A stretch of 64,000 nucleotides of DNA from Lama glama (taxonomy: Eukaryota): the NCBI GenBank assembly GCA_028534125.1, contig CM052818.1, forward strand, positions 27,778,001 to 27,842,000. The letters are read 5' to 3'. Numbering within the stretch: the first letter of the stretch is position 1; each line of letters starts with the position of its first letter. The notes beneath the pieces were generated by a model, which did not search any database, had not been told where the DNA came from, and worked only from the letters and a program-made list of their open reading frames with translations. Shown here in pieces: positions 40,501-54,300 of the stretch. The translations under genes and the position numbers were made by a program.

Positions 40501-41418
40501 AACTAAGAAAGGCCTTCAGAGATTCACACTAATGAGAATTAAAGACATCTAAGCTCAAGCTATTTTATTCCTTGTTCGAGATCTATTGCTTTGTTGCCTC
40601 TCTTCATGTCTAGTCCTTTCTCAAATTCAATCACTCTAAATTTATGTTTTCTTCTCTGCCTTGATTCCATCTCATCTGATCAGCATTCATTTAATTTGCT
40701 GTTGTATCTTTTGCTTGGCCAGCTGCTCAGTAGGGATACAAAACCAGCAGAAGACGGTAGGGTGCCCACATTTATTGAATACCTGCAGGAGCGTTACTAG
40801 GCACTTCTATTGTTTCATGAAATCCTTACCACATCCCTGTGGGGAGAATTGTTGTATTCTTCCTTTGACACATGAGTTATCCGAGGCTCATTAAATCGTT
40901 TTCCTGTAGAACTGCCATTAACTCTGGAAAGTGGCAGAGTTCGAAATTTGAGCTCAAGCTTTACCCTGCCAGTATGCAGCATTCAAATACCTCCATTAAG
41001 TACAGCATTAAGAGAGTGTTAGAATCAAGACTGTTCATTATTTAGTTAACCTTTGAACATTACAGTACAGAGCTATCCTCTTCATAAGTTTTTTTTTTTC
41101 TCGCCACTCTTAATTTTTCAGGAGACTAAAATTTACTCCAGAATTTTGTAGATCAAGCAGAATGGCTCAAACTAAGTCTTCTCATAAAATAGATCTTCAG
41201 AAATATTGAGAACAGGCTTTATGTACCCGTCAGCTATTCTTCCTTTATATAGTGTTCATCACTCTCATGTAGTCAAGAATTGGGAGTGTATGTGTTTTCC
41301 TCTGGTAAGGAAGCAGTCAGAGGTGGCCTTTCTTTATCTAGACCAATTTCTATTGTGGATGTTGGTGATAATTTTTAGTATGTTAAGAATAATACGATAG
41401 ATTTATTTTTAATTACAG

Positions 41419-41438
41419 GATACTTCAGAGACTTCGTA
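41419..41438 (+). CDS. Candidate 20-nt micro-exon (coding status unproven)
   Basis: atttatttttaattacag|GATACTTCAGAGACTTCGTA|gtaagt. Confidence 0.5.
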
Positions 41439-42329
41439 GTAAGTGGTTTTCTCTATTTATACCTAAACTTCTAAAAGATTCTAGAGCTGACCAGAGATAG
41501 CAGACTTAAATGCAAGAGAAAATATATGAAATAAAACCAAGTTTCTTGGTAGGTGTCATTTGAGATACTTATTTGAAATTAGAGTAGAAGTCTACTTAAA
41601 AAATATCTAATGATGAACGTGCATGCTTCAACTGTTAATAAGTTATCAATTAGCTAATTTTATAATTGTGCATGGTCCACTGAACACTGAATTTCCTCAG
41701 TAGGAAAATGCTATACTTTCCTTCTTAGGGGCCCTCAAGGGGAAAAGAAATAATTACTGTCAATGGTTCTTCACTTCCTAAGTGTCATAGGTTGCAAACC
41801 CACTCATTTGTGATTCTAGCCACAGATTTTCTTTTTCAGATTAGTTTAGGTTAAAAACTAGAGGCTGACAGTATCCTAAGTTACTGAAGGGGATTGGAAC
41901 ATTTCTTTATAAGAGGAAAAAAAGTGTAAATGATGGAAGTGATGGGGTTTATATTTTTTTCGTTACTCCTTCCAGATTCAATTCAACCTGTACTTATGTT
42001 CCTTAACAGGTAGTCAAGTTGAGTGATTTGACTCAGCAGGATAATACCACTTAAACTGTTTCATCAGCCATAACATATAAAGACTTCAGCTATAGCAGAA
42101 ACAAAAATTTTTATCCTTTGTATTTTCCACTAAGATCCTTTAGAGATATAGTCAAATTTTTAACACAGTAGGTGTAGGAAGTCCAAACCACAGGTAGGAA
42201 ATACAGTAATTCTCAGAGGCATGATGTTCTGGTTCTGCCTGGTCTTCCCCTCGTTTCCATGGATTTGATATTTTCGTTGCTAATAATCAGATCACTTAAT
42301 TCTCCCCTTTCTTTGGTCTCCTTGGTAAG

Positions 42330-42845
42330 GATTCTTGATCTTTTTATGTGCCCTGCACCCTTTTGGAATTCTGGTAAATGGTCTGTGTATCCCTTTTCAG
42401 ATTAATGTTTTAAAATTCGTATAATAAAATACATAGGATTACAAAGGAAACCATAACATTGAAATTCAATTAGCAAAGTATTAAAAACAAATTTGTGATA
42501 TAGTAATTGTGTGCTTTCTTATTAATGCATTAAATACTACTATCTAGTGGTGAGTCTAATAAATACCATCATTTTGAAATTGTGATCAGTGTATACACTA
42601 TTTTAATTACAGTAATTGTAATCAAGATTTCTGGGATTGCTGTAATGGGATGTGAAAATTTCTGATTTCTATTGATGACAAAGTTAAAGTTATTGTTTTA
42701 TATTACTGTATATTTTCCTACATCTGTAATTGGAGAAGATTCTAATTTCTGTTAGAGGTTGGTAAAGCTAAGGATATCTTTTTTTCCCCATCATAACTGC
42801 CTGAATTCTATCCATGGCCCCTTTGGGAAGTTATGGACCCAGGAT
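42330..42845. mobile_element. hAT-Charlie MER119-like element
   Basis: aataaaatacataggattacaaaggaaacc internal motif and atggacccagg right end. Confidence 0.65.
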
Positions 42846-44519
42846 GCTTTGGAGTAGCACACTGCTTTCTAGTAGCAGGTGATAAATGCAATCTCATCTT
42901 ACTATTCATAATTTTCAGAGTGCCCTACTTTTCCCCTTAGTCTCTCTTAGAGAATCCTTCTCATACCATCTAGTAGATTAATTTAGGATGATAAAAGGGA
43001 AAAAAAATCAGACCTTGGAGAAAGCAGCATACCTTACTAAAAATACATTTCATAAATTTCATACTTCAAATTAAGCAAAATACACAATTTTTGATAAATG
43101 TAAAAGACAGATTTAACTATAATAAACCCAAGGATGAAAATCTTTGGTCATCAAGTCAATTGGTTATTTTCTCTCTCCCGTTCTCTCCCTTACTTCTTTC
43201 CTGGTTTCTTATTTCTGCACTGTCTTTGTGATTTCTCTATTCTTTCTGCATTGTGATTTTTTTTTTCCTTCTATGTGCATATGGCCACCCATGTCGCTTC
43301 TGGGTTTTTTCCTCTTCAGTTCACATAACCAGCAGATAACTGTTGAATTCCAATTCCAGATTTTCAAGAGGCAAAATCTAATTGGTCTAAATTGAGTCTA
43401 TTGTCTCCTTTTTCAATAGCAACTGAAGGACAGGGTCATGAAATAGAATCATAACTTTTGGGTCAACTACTTTTGCGGTGGAGGAAGTACTAATAGTACT
43501 CAGAAAAGTATATTTATGGAAGGGGCTAACAGCCCTCAAATTTCAGTTCTAAATGGTTGAATCAGTCCTCATAGACCTGCTAGAACAATGTATGTGCTGT
43601 GTCTTCTTACCCTTTTCCTACCACAGATCATGTCCTGGAAATACAGAATCACCAAGAACCTGGCCAGTGAGCAGCAACCAAATAACCAAGACCATGGCCT
43701 CCCCTCCCCTCCCCTCTTCACCCCACCTCTCCCCTTCCCCATCCCCATTCCCGTCCCCTTCACTTCCATTCCAATAACCAAGAACCAACTGCTAGACACC
43801 GTGCTAAGTTTGCATATAGGAAGCAAAATGAGTCAGCCCTTTACTGAAGGTTCTCAGAGTCTTTTTAAAAGACAGATACTTACATAGAAGAAATTACTTA
43901 CATGTAGTACATACCAGACACTGAAAAGTGACATAAAAGAGAAAAATGATAACAAATCAGAGGCAAATAATAACCAAATGCAACCTTGTATAAGTCTCTA
44001 GGATGGTTTAACGTAAATGCCAACCAGCAGCCTTACCACTGTAAAAGTGTATTAGATGTTATGAATTCTAGATCCATCCACTCTTGTCAGCATTACCATG
44101 CATTCATCTTGCAGCTAATTCATATAAGTTGGCTTGTATAAGATTGCACATTTCAAACCAGGATGCATATAAATCTGGAAATACGTGATAGTATTCCAGA
44201 GGATAGAATGTTACAAATACACATGGCGTATAATCCAAAATTATCATTTTTTTTTGAAAATTCTGGGATCCAAACATAGAGTTTACCTCATGGGTGCTGT
44301 ATTATGGGTGCCCATAATCACTGTGATCCGAGTCAACATGTGAGTGTTTCTACGTCACAGTTTCTGGCTGTTCTTTAAATCTGACTCCATCCACACATAC
44401 GGGGTCACTGTAACTGCACATAGTAGCACACGGTAGATAACTAGGATAAGTAAAACCACAGATCGGGAGTCTGTTACAGGCTAGTTCGAGTTACTCTGTA
44501 AAGGAATTTGTAGGCATAA

Positions 44520-44582
44520 CCTTTTTTTTTTATCAGTTTTATTAGGTAGAATTATTACAGTTTGACTGCACATATACATTAT
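44520..44582 (-). mobile_element. Very short polyadenylated retro-insertion with TSD
   Basis: TSD atttgtaggcataa at 44506-44519 and 44583-44596. The insert reads ...ctacctaataaaactgataaaaaaaaaa on minus. Confidence 0.8.
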
Positions 44583-44634
44583 ATTTGTAGGCATAATCTT
44601 GACCATAAATATTGAGCTTATTCTGGATCCCCCT

Positions 44635-45590
44635 GTCAGAAGGAATAGAACAGGTTATGCTGCAGTAATCAACAACTTCCAAAATGCAGTGGCGGATATA
44701 TTAGTTTTCTGTTGCTGCATGACAAGTTACCACAAACTCGGTGGCTTAAAACATACTCGTTAACTGTCTCACAGTTTCTACAGATCAGAAGTTGAGGTTC
44801 TGGGGTCTCTGCATGAGAGTCTCAAACAGGTTGCATTTAAGGTGTTGGCTGGGGATGAACATGGGAAAGAAAAGATTCACTTCTAAGCTCCCACATTTTG
44901 TTGGCAGAACTTATCCCGTATTGGCTGTAGGACTGATGCTTTAATTTCATGCTGAAGGTCCTGTTATCTTCCAGAGGCTGCTCACAGTTCCCTGCCACAG
45001 GGCTTCTCCAACTCAGGTCCTGATTTTATGGTAGCTTACTTCTCCAGGGCCAGTGAGGGGAGTCTGTACTGTGTGTAGTATGTCTGCTAGTGAGACAGTC
45101 TTAAATGTGTTGTAATGTAATCAAAGAAATGACCTCCCATCACTTTTGCCATGTTCTGTTGGTTAGAGGCAAGTCATAGAAGCAAGTCGCACCCACACTC
45201 ATGGGGAGGGGATTACACAAAAGTGTGCATGCTAGGAGAGAAGCATTATTGGAGATCACCTTAGGTTGTGTCCAGTAGAGCTTACAACAATACAAGTTTA
45301 CTTTTCAATCTTATTATATGTACATATTTATTGGGGACAGTCAGGGGCCCAGGCTGATGGAGACTCCCTCTTGGCATGTACTTCCTTAATCACTACAGCA
45401 GTGGTAAGAGATATGACAACTTTTCTACTGACTGTATTTGCTTGAAAGTGACTTGATCACTTCTGCTGATATTTCATCAGCCTAAGCAAGTTGGGTGGCC
45501 ATACCTAGCTTCAGAGGGGATGGAGAAATATAGTACCACAATGTGCTAAAAAGAAGAAAAGAAAAGACCCGTTAAGTAGTGCTCATGACA
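44635..45590. mobile_element. Older MLT1-like LTR interrupted by a second MLT1 LTR (about 44697-45275)
   Basis: ggttatgctgcagtaatcaacaac start, then tatattagttttctgttgctgcatgacaagttaccacaaactcggtggcttaaaaca. Confidence 0.7.
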
Positions 45591-45821
45591 GCAATACTTT
45601 CTTACTAAGGGTGGGAGAGCGGCTTCAGCTCACTTCTTTTAGCACCTGCGTTTGACTCCTGGGTCTGCATCATACTAACCTCAATTCAGATTTGCCACTC
45701 ACTCTCAGTCTGGCAGCCTGTTTATTCTTGATCCCAGAGGGCAGCTAATGTCATGTTACTCTCTCTTTTTCTGAAATAGATTCACTAATAGTAAGAATTT
45801 AGGGGCTGAAAATCTGCTCAC

Positions 45822-46256
45822 TTGGTCAAAATTTTTTTCTAGTAAAACATTGCTATAAATTATTCCCTGGGTCTGATTTTTCAAAGCACTTTGCTGAATG
45901 GGTGACTCAAAATGTCTCGTGTGTCTTAAAATATTTCTGCCCCATTCCCTTGCTAGTGGTCAGAAATTTGAACTTCAGTCATGGAATTTCTCCATTTTTT
46001 GGAATACCCATTCTAATACTATAAACTCTTCTATTTGCAAGATAGTTTCCCTGGTACCATATGCTGTATCCTCTCAACTTTCTATTAATTTCTGTCACTT
46101 TTTCACTTTCAAGATCTGCGACTGTATTGCAACATTTCAGGAGCTTGTTTTCTCCCAAGCCCCAAATCCTCCTCTGCAAAACCTAAGTATATGTTCCCTT
46201 AAAATGTCCCTTATTTCTAGTAGTTTGTGGCCTTGTTCAGAGATTCCAATATCTGC
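45822..46256 (-). pseudogene. Decayed exon C
   Basis: ctcctatgtcattgtctctcag|GCAGAT...GACCAA|gtgagc. 435 nt. Phase-0 frame ADIGISEQGHKLLEIRDILREHILRF...TAYGTRETILQIEEFIVLEWVFQKMEKFHD*...LLEKNFDQ with 5 stops, all TGA. Confidence 0.6.
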
Positions 46257-46334
46257 CTGAGAGACAATGACATAGGAGCAGTCAAATCCAGGTATTCTGC
46301 TCTCCATAGGTAAAAACAGGAGAGAGAGACTTAC

Positions 46335-46759
46335 CAATTTAAACATACAAACAGTGGACTTTTTCTCCTTCTAGGAAACATTTCTTCAGTTTCTTAAAGC
46401 ATGGTGTGTCAGTTAAACTGTGTTAAAAACAACCTCCAGTCAGATGCTTCATGTGGGAGTTTCTTAGAGTGCTGAGTCTAGTAAGTTCATATTCCTATAT
46501 GCCTAGTTTTCCAGTTGATGCCGTTCAAAAGTATAGGTAGTAGTTTCCAGAACTTCGCTGTGACTCTGAGGTGTATTCCAAGAGCACTCAGGATTTGTAC
46601 CTGGTCAGGTATCCCTATTCGACTTCTTGACCAGATTTGAGTCAAGGCCAGAATATCCACAACTTCGACTGTTTTTGAGGGTGGATGACTACATACAAGA
46701 TGTATCTGGCCAACGCATGCTAGATCACAGGATCCAAGACAGAGAGTCAGAAATGAAAC
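46335..46759 (-). pseudogene. Decayed exon B2
   Basis: ttcttatagtcacttag|GTTTCA...AAATTG|gtaagt. Flanked by 77-nt and 78-nt introns. First 90 codons open: VSFLTLCLGSCDLACVGQIHLVCSHPPSKTVEVVDILALTQIWSRSRIGIPDQVQILSALGIHLRVTAKFWKLLPILLNGINWKTRHIGI*, then stops (probable frameshift). Confidence 0.6.
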
Positions 46760-46836
46760 CTAAGTGACTATAAGAATATGCTATTTCTATAAACCTGCTT
46801 CAAATCACCAGCATTTTATTACTTTTGTTTTCTTAC

Positions 46837-47238
46837 CTTTCTTTCTCAAGGCCATCACTTGACTTCATCTGTCCTTTCAGTCATAACTTCACCCCTGCCA
46901 TTTGAGTACAGAACTCCAACTTCTACCAGTTTCTTACAAAAATCTTCTGTCATGAAAGCATTTCATGAATTTGTAGCTTTACCATAGTTATTCAGCAATA
47001 CCTGGATGGGATCACATTTTACGTTATGGGGCCTTTGATCATCCATCACCATTTCCTCTGTCTTTTGGTCTGCTCCTTCCTATCCCAGATGAGGAACGAG
47101 CCAATTTTTTTTCTTTCGTAGAAAAGACTGTGGAATAATCCTGCTCATACTAAGGCCCCTCGAGTTTTCCCTTTGTACTTGAAAAGAGCTTGTGCCTTAA
47201 TTTATGTTGAACAAACATGGTATACTACTGGAAAGATA
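46837..47238 (-). pseudogene. Decayed exon B
   Basis: ctgttccctcttgtag|TATCTT...AGAAAG|gtaaga. 402 nt, phase 0-0. YLSSSIPCLFNIN*GTSSFQVQRENSRGLSMSRIIPQSFLRKKKNWLVPHLG*EGADQKTEEM... with 5 stops. Confidence 0.55.
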
Positions 47239-49358
47239 CTACAAGAGGGAACAGTTCTTTTTTTCCCCAGGTATAAAATTTATATTTATATATGAATATA
47301 TTAGTTATAATTATGTTTATACCAAATAACATATGGTAGATATGAGTAATACAGTATAGGGTTTAGAAACATACAGAGGAAGAGATGATTGATTCTTATG
47401 TGGGAAGTTAGATAAAAAAGTAAAAGTGAGATGAGAAATCCAGGACATAGGCACAGTAGATATGCAAGCATTGGTGATTATGATGTATTTAAAGAAAGAT
47501 GAACAGAGTGGCACTGAAACAAAGCATACGGAAAGGGAAGAAGACTGATGTGAAATGCTGAAAGGGTAGACTGTCATATCCAGGAAGAGTCACTCTGCTT
47601 TTGCACATATAAACATCTTGAAGGATCTTCTGGAAAATCTGGGTAGACTGCAGGACTGAGTCATTATCTTCAAAGCTTTTCTCACCTTAAAATTTCTGCT
47701 TCAAGTGGCAAGTGTTAATTTGAAATTTTGTAGAACAAAGTAACTAAGCAACAAGATAGAACATGTTAAGTCAAGAAATAGTGGCATTTGGTTTAATATT
47801 TCATAACAGTGCATATTGTACTTGGAACTATATGGAACCTACAAAAGTAATAGAATCTCGTTATTCTGAAAATTTACTCTGTGTCTGTGTGTAGCCTTAG
47901 TAAACCAGTAAGAGTTTGCTCAAGCATTACTTACAGCCAGAAAGAATGACTTCCCCCTCTCAAGCTCAGATGCAAAGCTTAAATTATGTGGGATCTAACT
48001 GAAGTGAAAAAGTGCTTCTATTTTTAATATATTTTACTTTGAAAATTTGAATACTTTGTAAGGTTAAAAAGAACACTGAATATTGAAGGAATGTGGACTG
48101 AGAGTAGTAGAGGAGGGCTGCTTTCTTCTTCTCTCTCCCACTCTTCCTTCCTGTCATCTTTTCCCTTCTTTCAGCCAATAGTTATTGAGTGCCTCCTGTG
48201 TGTTGGGGACTGTGCTAGATTTTGGGAGACAAAATGTCAGTTATCATACTGTGTGATAAATATTCCAACAGAAAGAGTGTTCAAGAAGTATATAGGAGGA
48301 GTCTTATAACCTAGACTTGAGGGATGAGAAAAACATTCCAAAAAAGTTAATTTTAAGTGGAAATGTGAAGAATGAGAGAAGGCAAATAGTGTTGAAGAGA
48401 TTTTGAACATTGAAAGGTTTATTTACAGTTAGCTGACTTTTAAATAAGTAATAGATTTATAAAAAAAATTAAGCCTTTGATTTCAATTTACAAATTTTGA
48501 AATAGTTTTCAGAATTATGTTAAAATATCAATAATCATATTGACTTGTGATTATTAATTTGAATAAACTCAAATTGAACACAACAAACCCCCCTTAAGCA
48601 GTCAGGCTCATTTGTTACCTCAGTTAATCAAATTTCCTTAAATGTAAAAACACTATGGATAAAATAAAACAAGATACAAAAGGCAACCCAGAGAGGTGGG
48701 TTACTATTTTGTATAAAGGAGTTATGAAAGGCTTTTCTAAGGCAATGACATTTGAGCAGTGACCTGAAGGAAGTGAGAAAAAGAACCTTAAAGATATCTG
48801 AGGAGAAAAAAATTCCAGGAAAAGGGAATACCGTGTGCAAAGACAAGCAGAAGCATGCCTTTTGAAGGTTAAAGATGCATATTGTAATCCACACTACAAA
48901 TTTAATAAAGGAGCATAGCTAAAATGTCAATAGAGGGTGTAAATGGAATATTAAAAGATACTCAGTTTAGTGCCCCCACCTCCAGGCTTGGAAAAGGGAG
49001 CAAAGGAACAAAGAAATACAGGACACAGAAAACACCGAGATCATAGACTTAATATAGATTGCTGAATAATTACATTAACTGTACATAGGTTAAAGAACCT
49101 GATTAAAAGATGGATATTATTAGGTAGGATTAAAAAAGAATAAAGAATAATCTACCTGTTGCTTACAAGAAATACTTTAAAGACAGAGACACAGACAGGC
49201 TATAAGTTAAAGGACAGAAATACATATATTGCCTACAAACACTAAGCATAAGAAAGCTGACTTGACTGTGTTAATATCAGATAAAAAAATTAAATGATCA
49301 AGATTCTACATTAATCTTAAATATGTTTAAATCTAACATCAAAGTTTCTAAAGTTCTT

Positions 49359-51334
49359 CAAGACAAGGATGCCCACTCTCAACACTTCCTAGCTACAGCA
49401 GTCAGATAAGAAAAAGAAATAAAAGATATCCAAATCAGAAGGGAAGAGGTAAAATTTTCATTATATGAAGATGACGTGATACTATATAGAGAAAATCCTA
49501 AAGACTCCACACAAAAACTGCTAGAATGGATAAACAAACTTGGCAAGTTAGCAGGATACAAGATTAATATATAGAAATCTGCAGCCTTTCTTTACACCAA
49601 CAAATAAGAGAAAGAGAAAGTTAAAAAAAATTCTGTTAATTCACATTTTAAAATATCTAGAAATACAGCTAATCAAGGAGATGAAAGACTTATTTGCTGA
49701 GAACTGTGAAACATTCATAAAGGAAATTGAAGATGATGCAAGGAAATGAAAAAAAAATATTCCATGCTCTTAGATTGGGAGAATTAGTATAGTTAAAATG
49801 GCCATACTGCCCAAAGCAATCTACATATTTAATGTGATCCCTATCTAATTACCCATGGCATTTTTCACAGAAGTGGAACAAATAATTCTAAAATTTATAT
49901 GGAACCACAAAAGGCCCAGAATTGCCAAACCGATTCTGAAGAAAATGAACAAAATTGGAGGCATAACCCTTTCAGACTTCAGACAATACTACAAAGCAAC
50001 AGTAGTCAAAACAGCATGGTTGGCACAAAAATACATATAGATCAAGGTAACAGAATAGAGAGCTGAGAAGTAAACCCACACACCTTAAGCGTAACACATG
50101 ACACCATAAAACTCCTAGAAGACAACATAGGCGAAATATTCTCTGACATAAATGATAACAATGTTTTCTTAGATCAGTCTCCCAAGGCAATAGAAATAAA
50201 AGAAAAAATAAACAAATAGAACCTAATCAAACTTATAAGCTTTTGCACAGCAAAGGAAACCATAAAATGAAAAGACAGCCTACAAACTTGGGAGAAAATA
50301 TTTGCAAGCAATGAGATTAACAAGGGCTTTATTTCCACAATATACAAATAGTTCATACAACTCAGCAACAACAACAACAACAACAACAACAACAAAACAA
50401 CCAAATCAAAAAATGGGCAGAAGACCTAAATAGACATTTTTCCAAAGAAAACATATAGATGGCTAATAGGCATATGAAAAGATGCTCAACATCGCTAATT
50501 ATGAGAGAAAGGCAAATCAAAACTACAATGAGATATCACCTCACACCAGTCACAATGGCCATCATCAAAAAAAATACAGATAATAAATGCTGGAGAGGAA
50601 GTGTAGAAAAGGGAACCCTCTTACACTGTTAGTGGGAATGTAAATTGGTACACCCAATATAGAAAACATTATGGAGGTGCCTTAAAAAACTAAAAACAGA
50701 GTTAGAAATGATCAAGCACTCCCACTCCTGGGTATATGCCCCCAAAAGATGAAAGCTCTAATTCATAAAGACACATGTACCTCAATGTTCATAGCAGCAC
50801 TACTTATAATAGCCAAGACATGGAAGCACCCTAAGTGTCCATCAACAGATGATTGGATAAAGAAGATGTGGTAAATATATATACAATGGAATATTACTCA
50901 GCCATAAAAAAGAATGAAATAATGCCATTTGCAGCAACATAGATGGACCTAGAGATTATCATACTAAGTGAAGTATGTCAGACAGAAAAAGACAAATAGT
51001 ACACAATATCATTTATATGTAGATACTAAAAAATAGTATGAATTAACTTATCTACAAAACAGAAACAGACTGACAGACATAGAAAACAAACTTATGGTTG
51101 CCAAAAGGGAGGGGAGGACTGATAAATTACGAGTATGAGATTAACAGATGTACACTACTATACATAAAACAAATAAACAACAAGGATTTACTGTATAGCA
51201 CAGAGAAATATAGTCAGTATCTTGTAATAACCTATAATGGAAAAGAATAAAAAAAGATATATACATATATATGTATACCTGAAAACCCTTTGCTGTACAC
51301 CTGAAACTAATACAATATTGTAACTCAACTACAC
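49359..51334 (+). mobile_element. Younger 5'-truncated L1 (ORF2 3' part plus 3'UTR), 13-bp TSD
   Basis: Starts caagacaaggatgcccactctc (RQGCPLS). ORF-track 49855..50040 [12 protein letters not shown]...[17 protein letters not shown] ttctaaagttctt at 49346-49358 and 51335-51347. Confidence 0.92.
50366..50400. repeat. (AAC)n microsatellite within L1
   Basis: Seen directly. It explains the poly-L run in ORF-track 50174..50404. Confidence 0.9.
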
Positions 51335-54300
51335 TTCTAAAGTTCTTTAACCAAAAATTGTCAAAACTAAAAAGAAAATGGGAAAATCTGCAATATTACT
51401 TGGGGATTTTAAAGACCTGTCTTTCAGGAATTGATAGCATGAGTTCAAATAGATCAGTCAGTTATACAGAAGAATTAATTAACACCATCAACCAAATTAA
51501 CCTAATTGACATTTTCAGAACACTACAGAAAACAAAATAAGCAATATGCATTTTTTCTAAATGATTATAGAAGTTTCATGAAAATAGACCATATTTTGGG
51601 CTATATAAAAAGACCTAATTAATTTCAAAGGATGAAGAAATATGAAGTAAACTCCTGAACATAAATGTAATAAAATATAAACCAATAATAATAAAAATTG
51701 AAAAACTTCCCCAAGTATGTCATAATTAAACAGAATACTTCAAAATAAGTCATGGACCAAAGAAGAAACTGCAAAATAAGATAAATTTAGAACTATTTTG
51801 AACTGAATGATAAAATGCATGCTCATGTATACAAACACACACACACACCCTATAATCAAAATTAGAAGTGTGCAACTAAAACAGTCCACAAAAGGAAATT
51901 TATATCTTTAAGTGCTTGTTTTGTAAAAGAAGAAAGATGTGAAATGAATGATCTGGTCTTCTACCTTAAGAAGACACTCAAAAGAAGAAAGCAAACCCAA
52001 TGCAAGTAAAGGGAAATTTAAAAGTCAAAAAATGCAATACAAAATTAACAAATAATAGAGAAAATCAACAAAGTCAGTTAATTTATTAAAAAAGTTAATA
52101 GAATTGAAAGCCTACTAAGAAGACTAATCAAGGAAAAATTTTAAAAAACCCTCAAAAACAAATTACAAGTTCAGGAATAAAAAAGAGTCATCATTAGAGA
52201 TGTTAAAGAAAATAAGATAAAACCAATAGCTTCATAACATAAAATATATAAATTCTTAGGAAACTGATACTCTTTTAAAAACTCAACTTACTATAGTTTT
52301 TATAGTGAGAAATGGAATTTTTATATTGTTCTTTATGTATTAAAGAAATAGAATTTCCCAACAAGAAAACTCCAGGTTCAAATGGGTTCACTAATGAATT
52401 ATATTAAATATTTAAGAAAAAAATCATACCTGTATTATGCAAAATCTTCACAAAGTAGATAATGGTGATCACCCTTCAATTCATTTTATGAAGTCAGCAT
52501 AACCTAATACCAAAATAGGACAGGGATATTGCAAGGAGAAAAAAACTGCAGGCTAATCTCTCTCATGAATATAAATGTGAAAAATCCTCAACGAAATATA
52601 ATCAATAGAATATAGCAATATATAATAGGAATAATACACCATTACCAAATAGGTTTTTCCCCAGGAATTCAAATTCATTTCACATATGAAAATCAATCAG
52701 TGTAATTCACCAGAGTTAAAGATTATGAGAGGAGAAAAATACCATTTCAATAAAGTAGGGAAAGTACTCACTAAATTCAGTGACAATTTATGACTTAAAA
52801 AATCCAAACAATAAGCCAGGAATGGAATAAAATTTCTTCATCTTGATAAAGAACGTCTATGAAAACTTTATTGCTAGAACCAAATTTAAGTGTGAAAAAT
52901 TAGCTCCTTTTCTTTTATACCAGGGACAAACTAAAAACTGCTCTCATCTTTTTTTTTTTCAGTATTGAAATAAAGGTCCCAGCAATGCAATAAGGCAAGA
53001 AAAAGAACTAAAAGAAATAAAGTGGGAAAGATGAAATAAAGCTGTCATTGTTCATAGACAACCCAACTGTACATAAAATACCCAAACGAACCCGTAGTAC
53101 TTACCCTATGAATTAAGGGAATTTTCCAAGATTTCAAAATATAAAGTCAGTATACAAAAATCAGTTGTTATCTTTAAATTTTTAAAGGATACTTGAGAAA
53201 TAGAAATTTTAAATATTTCTTTTGCAGTGGCATACAATGTTTAGAGATAAATCTAATGACATATACTTTAGACTTGCACGCTGAAAACTACAAAACATTT
53301 CTGAAGATTAAAATGCTAAATAATGGGAAATATATAGCAAATTCATGGATTGTAAGACTCAATACTGCTTAAGTGTCAACTTTTCCGAAACTGGGGTAAA
53401 AATTCAATGAAAACTCAGTAAAACTGTAATAATTTTTTCCATTGTTCTGATAAAAAATTATATGCACATTCTAAAATCTGTACTTCAAGGAAAAGTACCT
53501 AAAGTGACCAAATAAATCTTGAAAGAAAAAAACAAGTTTGAAGGTTTTACTTTTACTTCAACTCACTATAAACCTGTGTGATCAAGAGGGTATGGTGTTA
53601 GTGAAGGTACAGAAAAATAGATAAAAATATGAGAATCCAGAAATATTCCTGCAAGCATAATCAAATGACTCTTGACCAAAGTACCAAAGCAATTCAATGA
53701 GGGGACGAGGTTTATTCAGTAAATGTTGCTGGACCAATTGGACAAAGAGAGGAGAGGAAGAACCTCAACCGGCAACTCACATCATACATAAAACATTGAG
53801 TTGAATGATAAATCATAATATTAAAGTTAAAACAGTATTGCTTCTAGAAGAAAACCTATGAGAACATCTTCACAACCTTGGGGTAGATAAAGTAGATAAC
53901 GATTTCTTAGCACACAGCACTAACCACGAAAGGAAGGAGAAAAAAGATAACTTCAATTTCATAAAAATTGAAAACTTGTATTCATTCAATCTGAGTAATA
54001 AAAAAAATAATAGTCTTGGAGTATAACTCAAAAAGTTAAATATATATTCATGAGTTCATATGGATATAAATATATAACTAGATTAATCAAAGAAGTGGAG
54101 GAGAAGTGACAACTCTTTCTTACAGAAAAATTACAATGAAGAGAAATGAAGAAAATAGAACATTCCCATTAGAGCATCACAGTAATGATTGCCCCAATTA
54201 GATTCCACCAATTGATGCTAAAATTAGTGGGCAAAGTTTTAAGCAGAGACAAGCAATCTGGGTACTTTTGAAGTATGTTCCTCAAATATTTAGAACTTTA

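Noticed and set aside
43553..43887. Pro-rich and Gly-rich ORFs
   Set aside because: Caused by a C-rich simple repeat.
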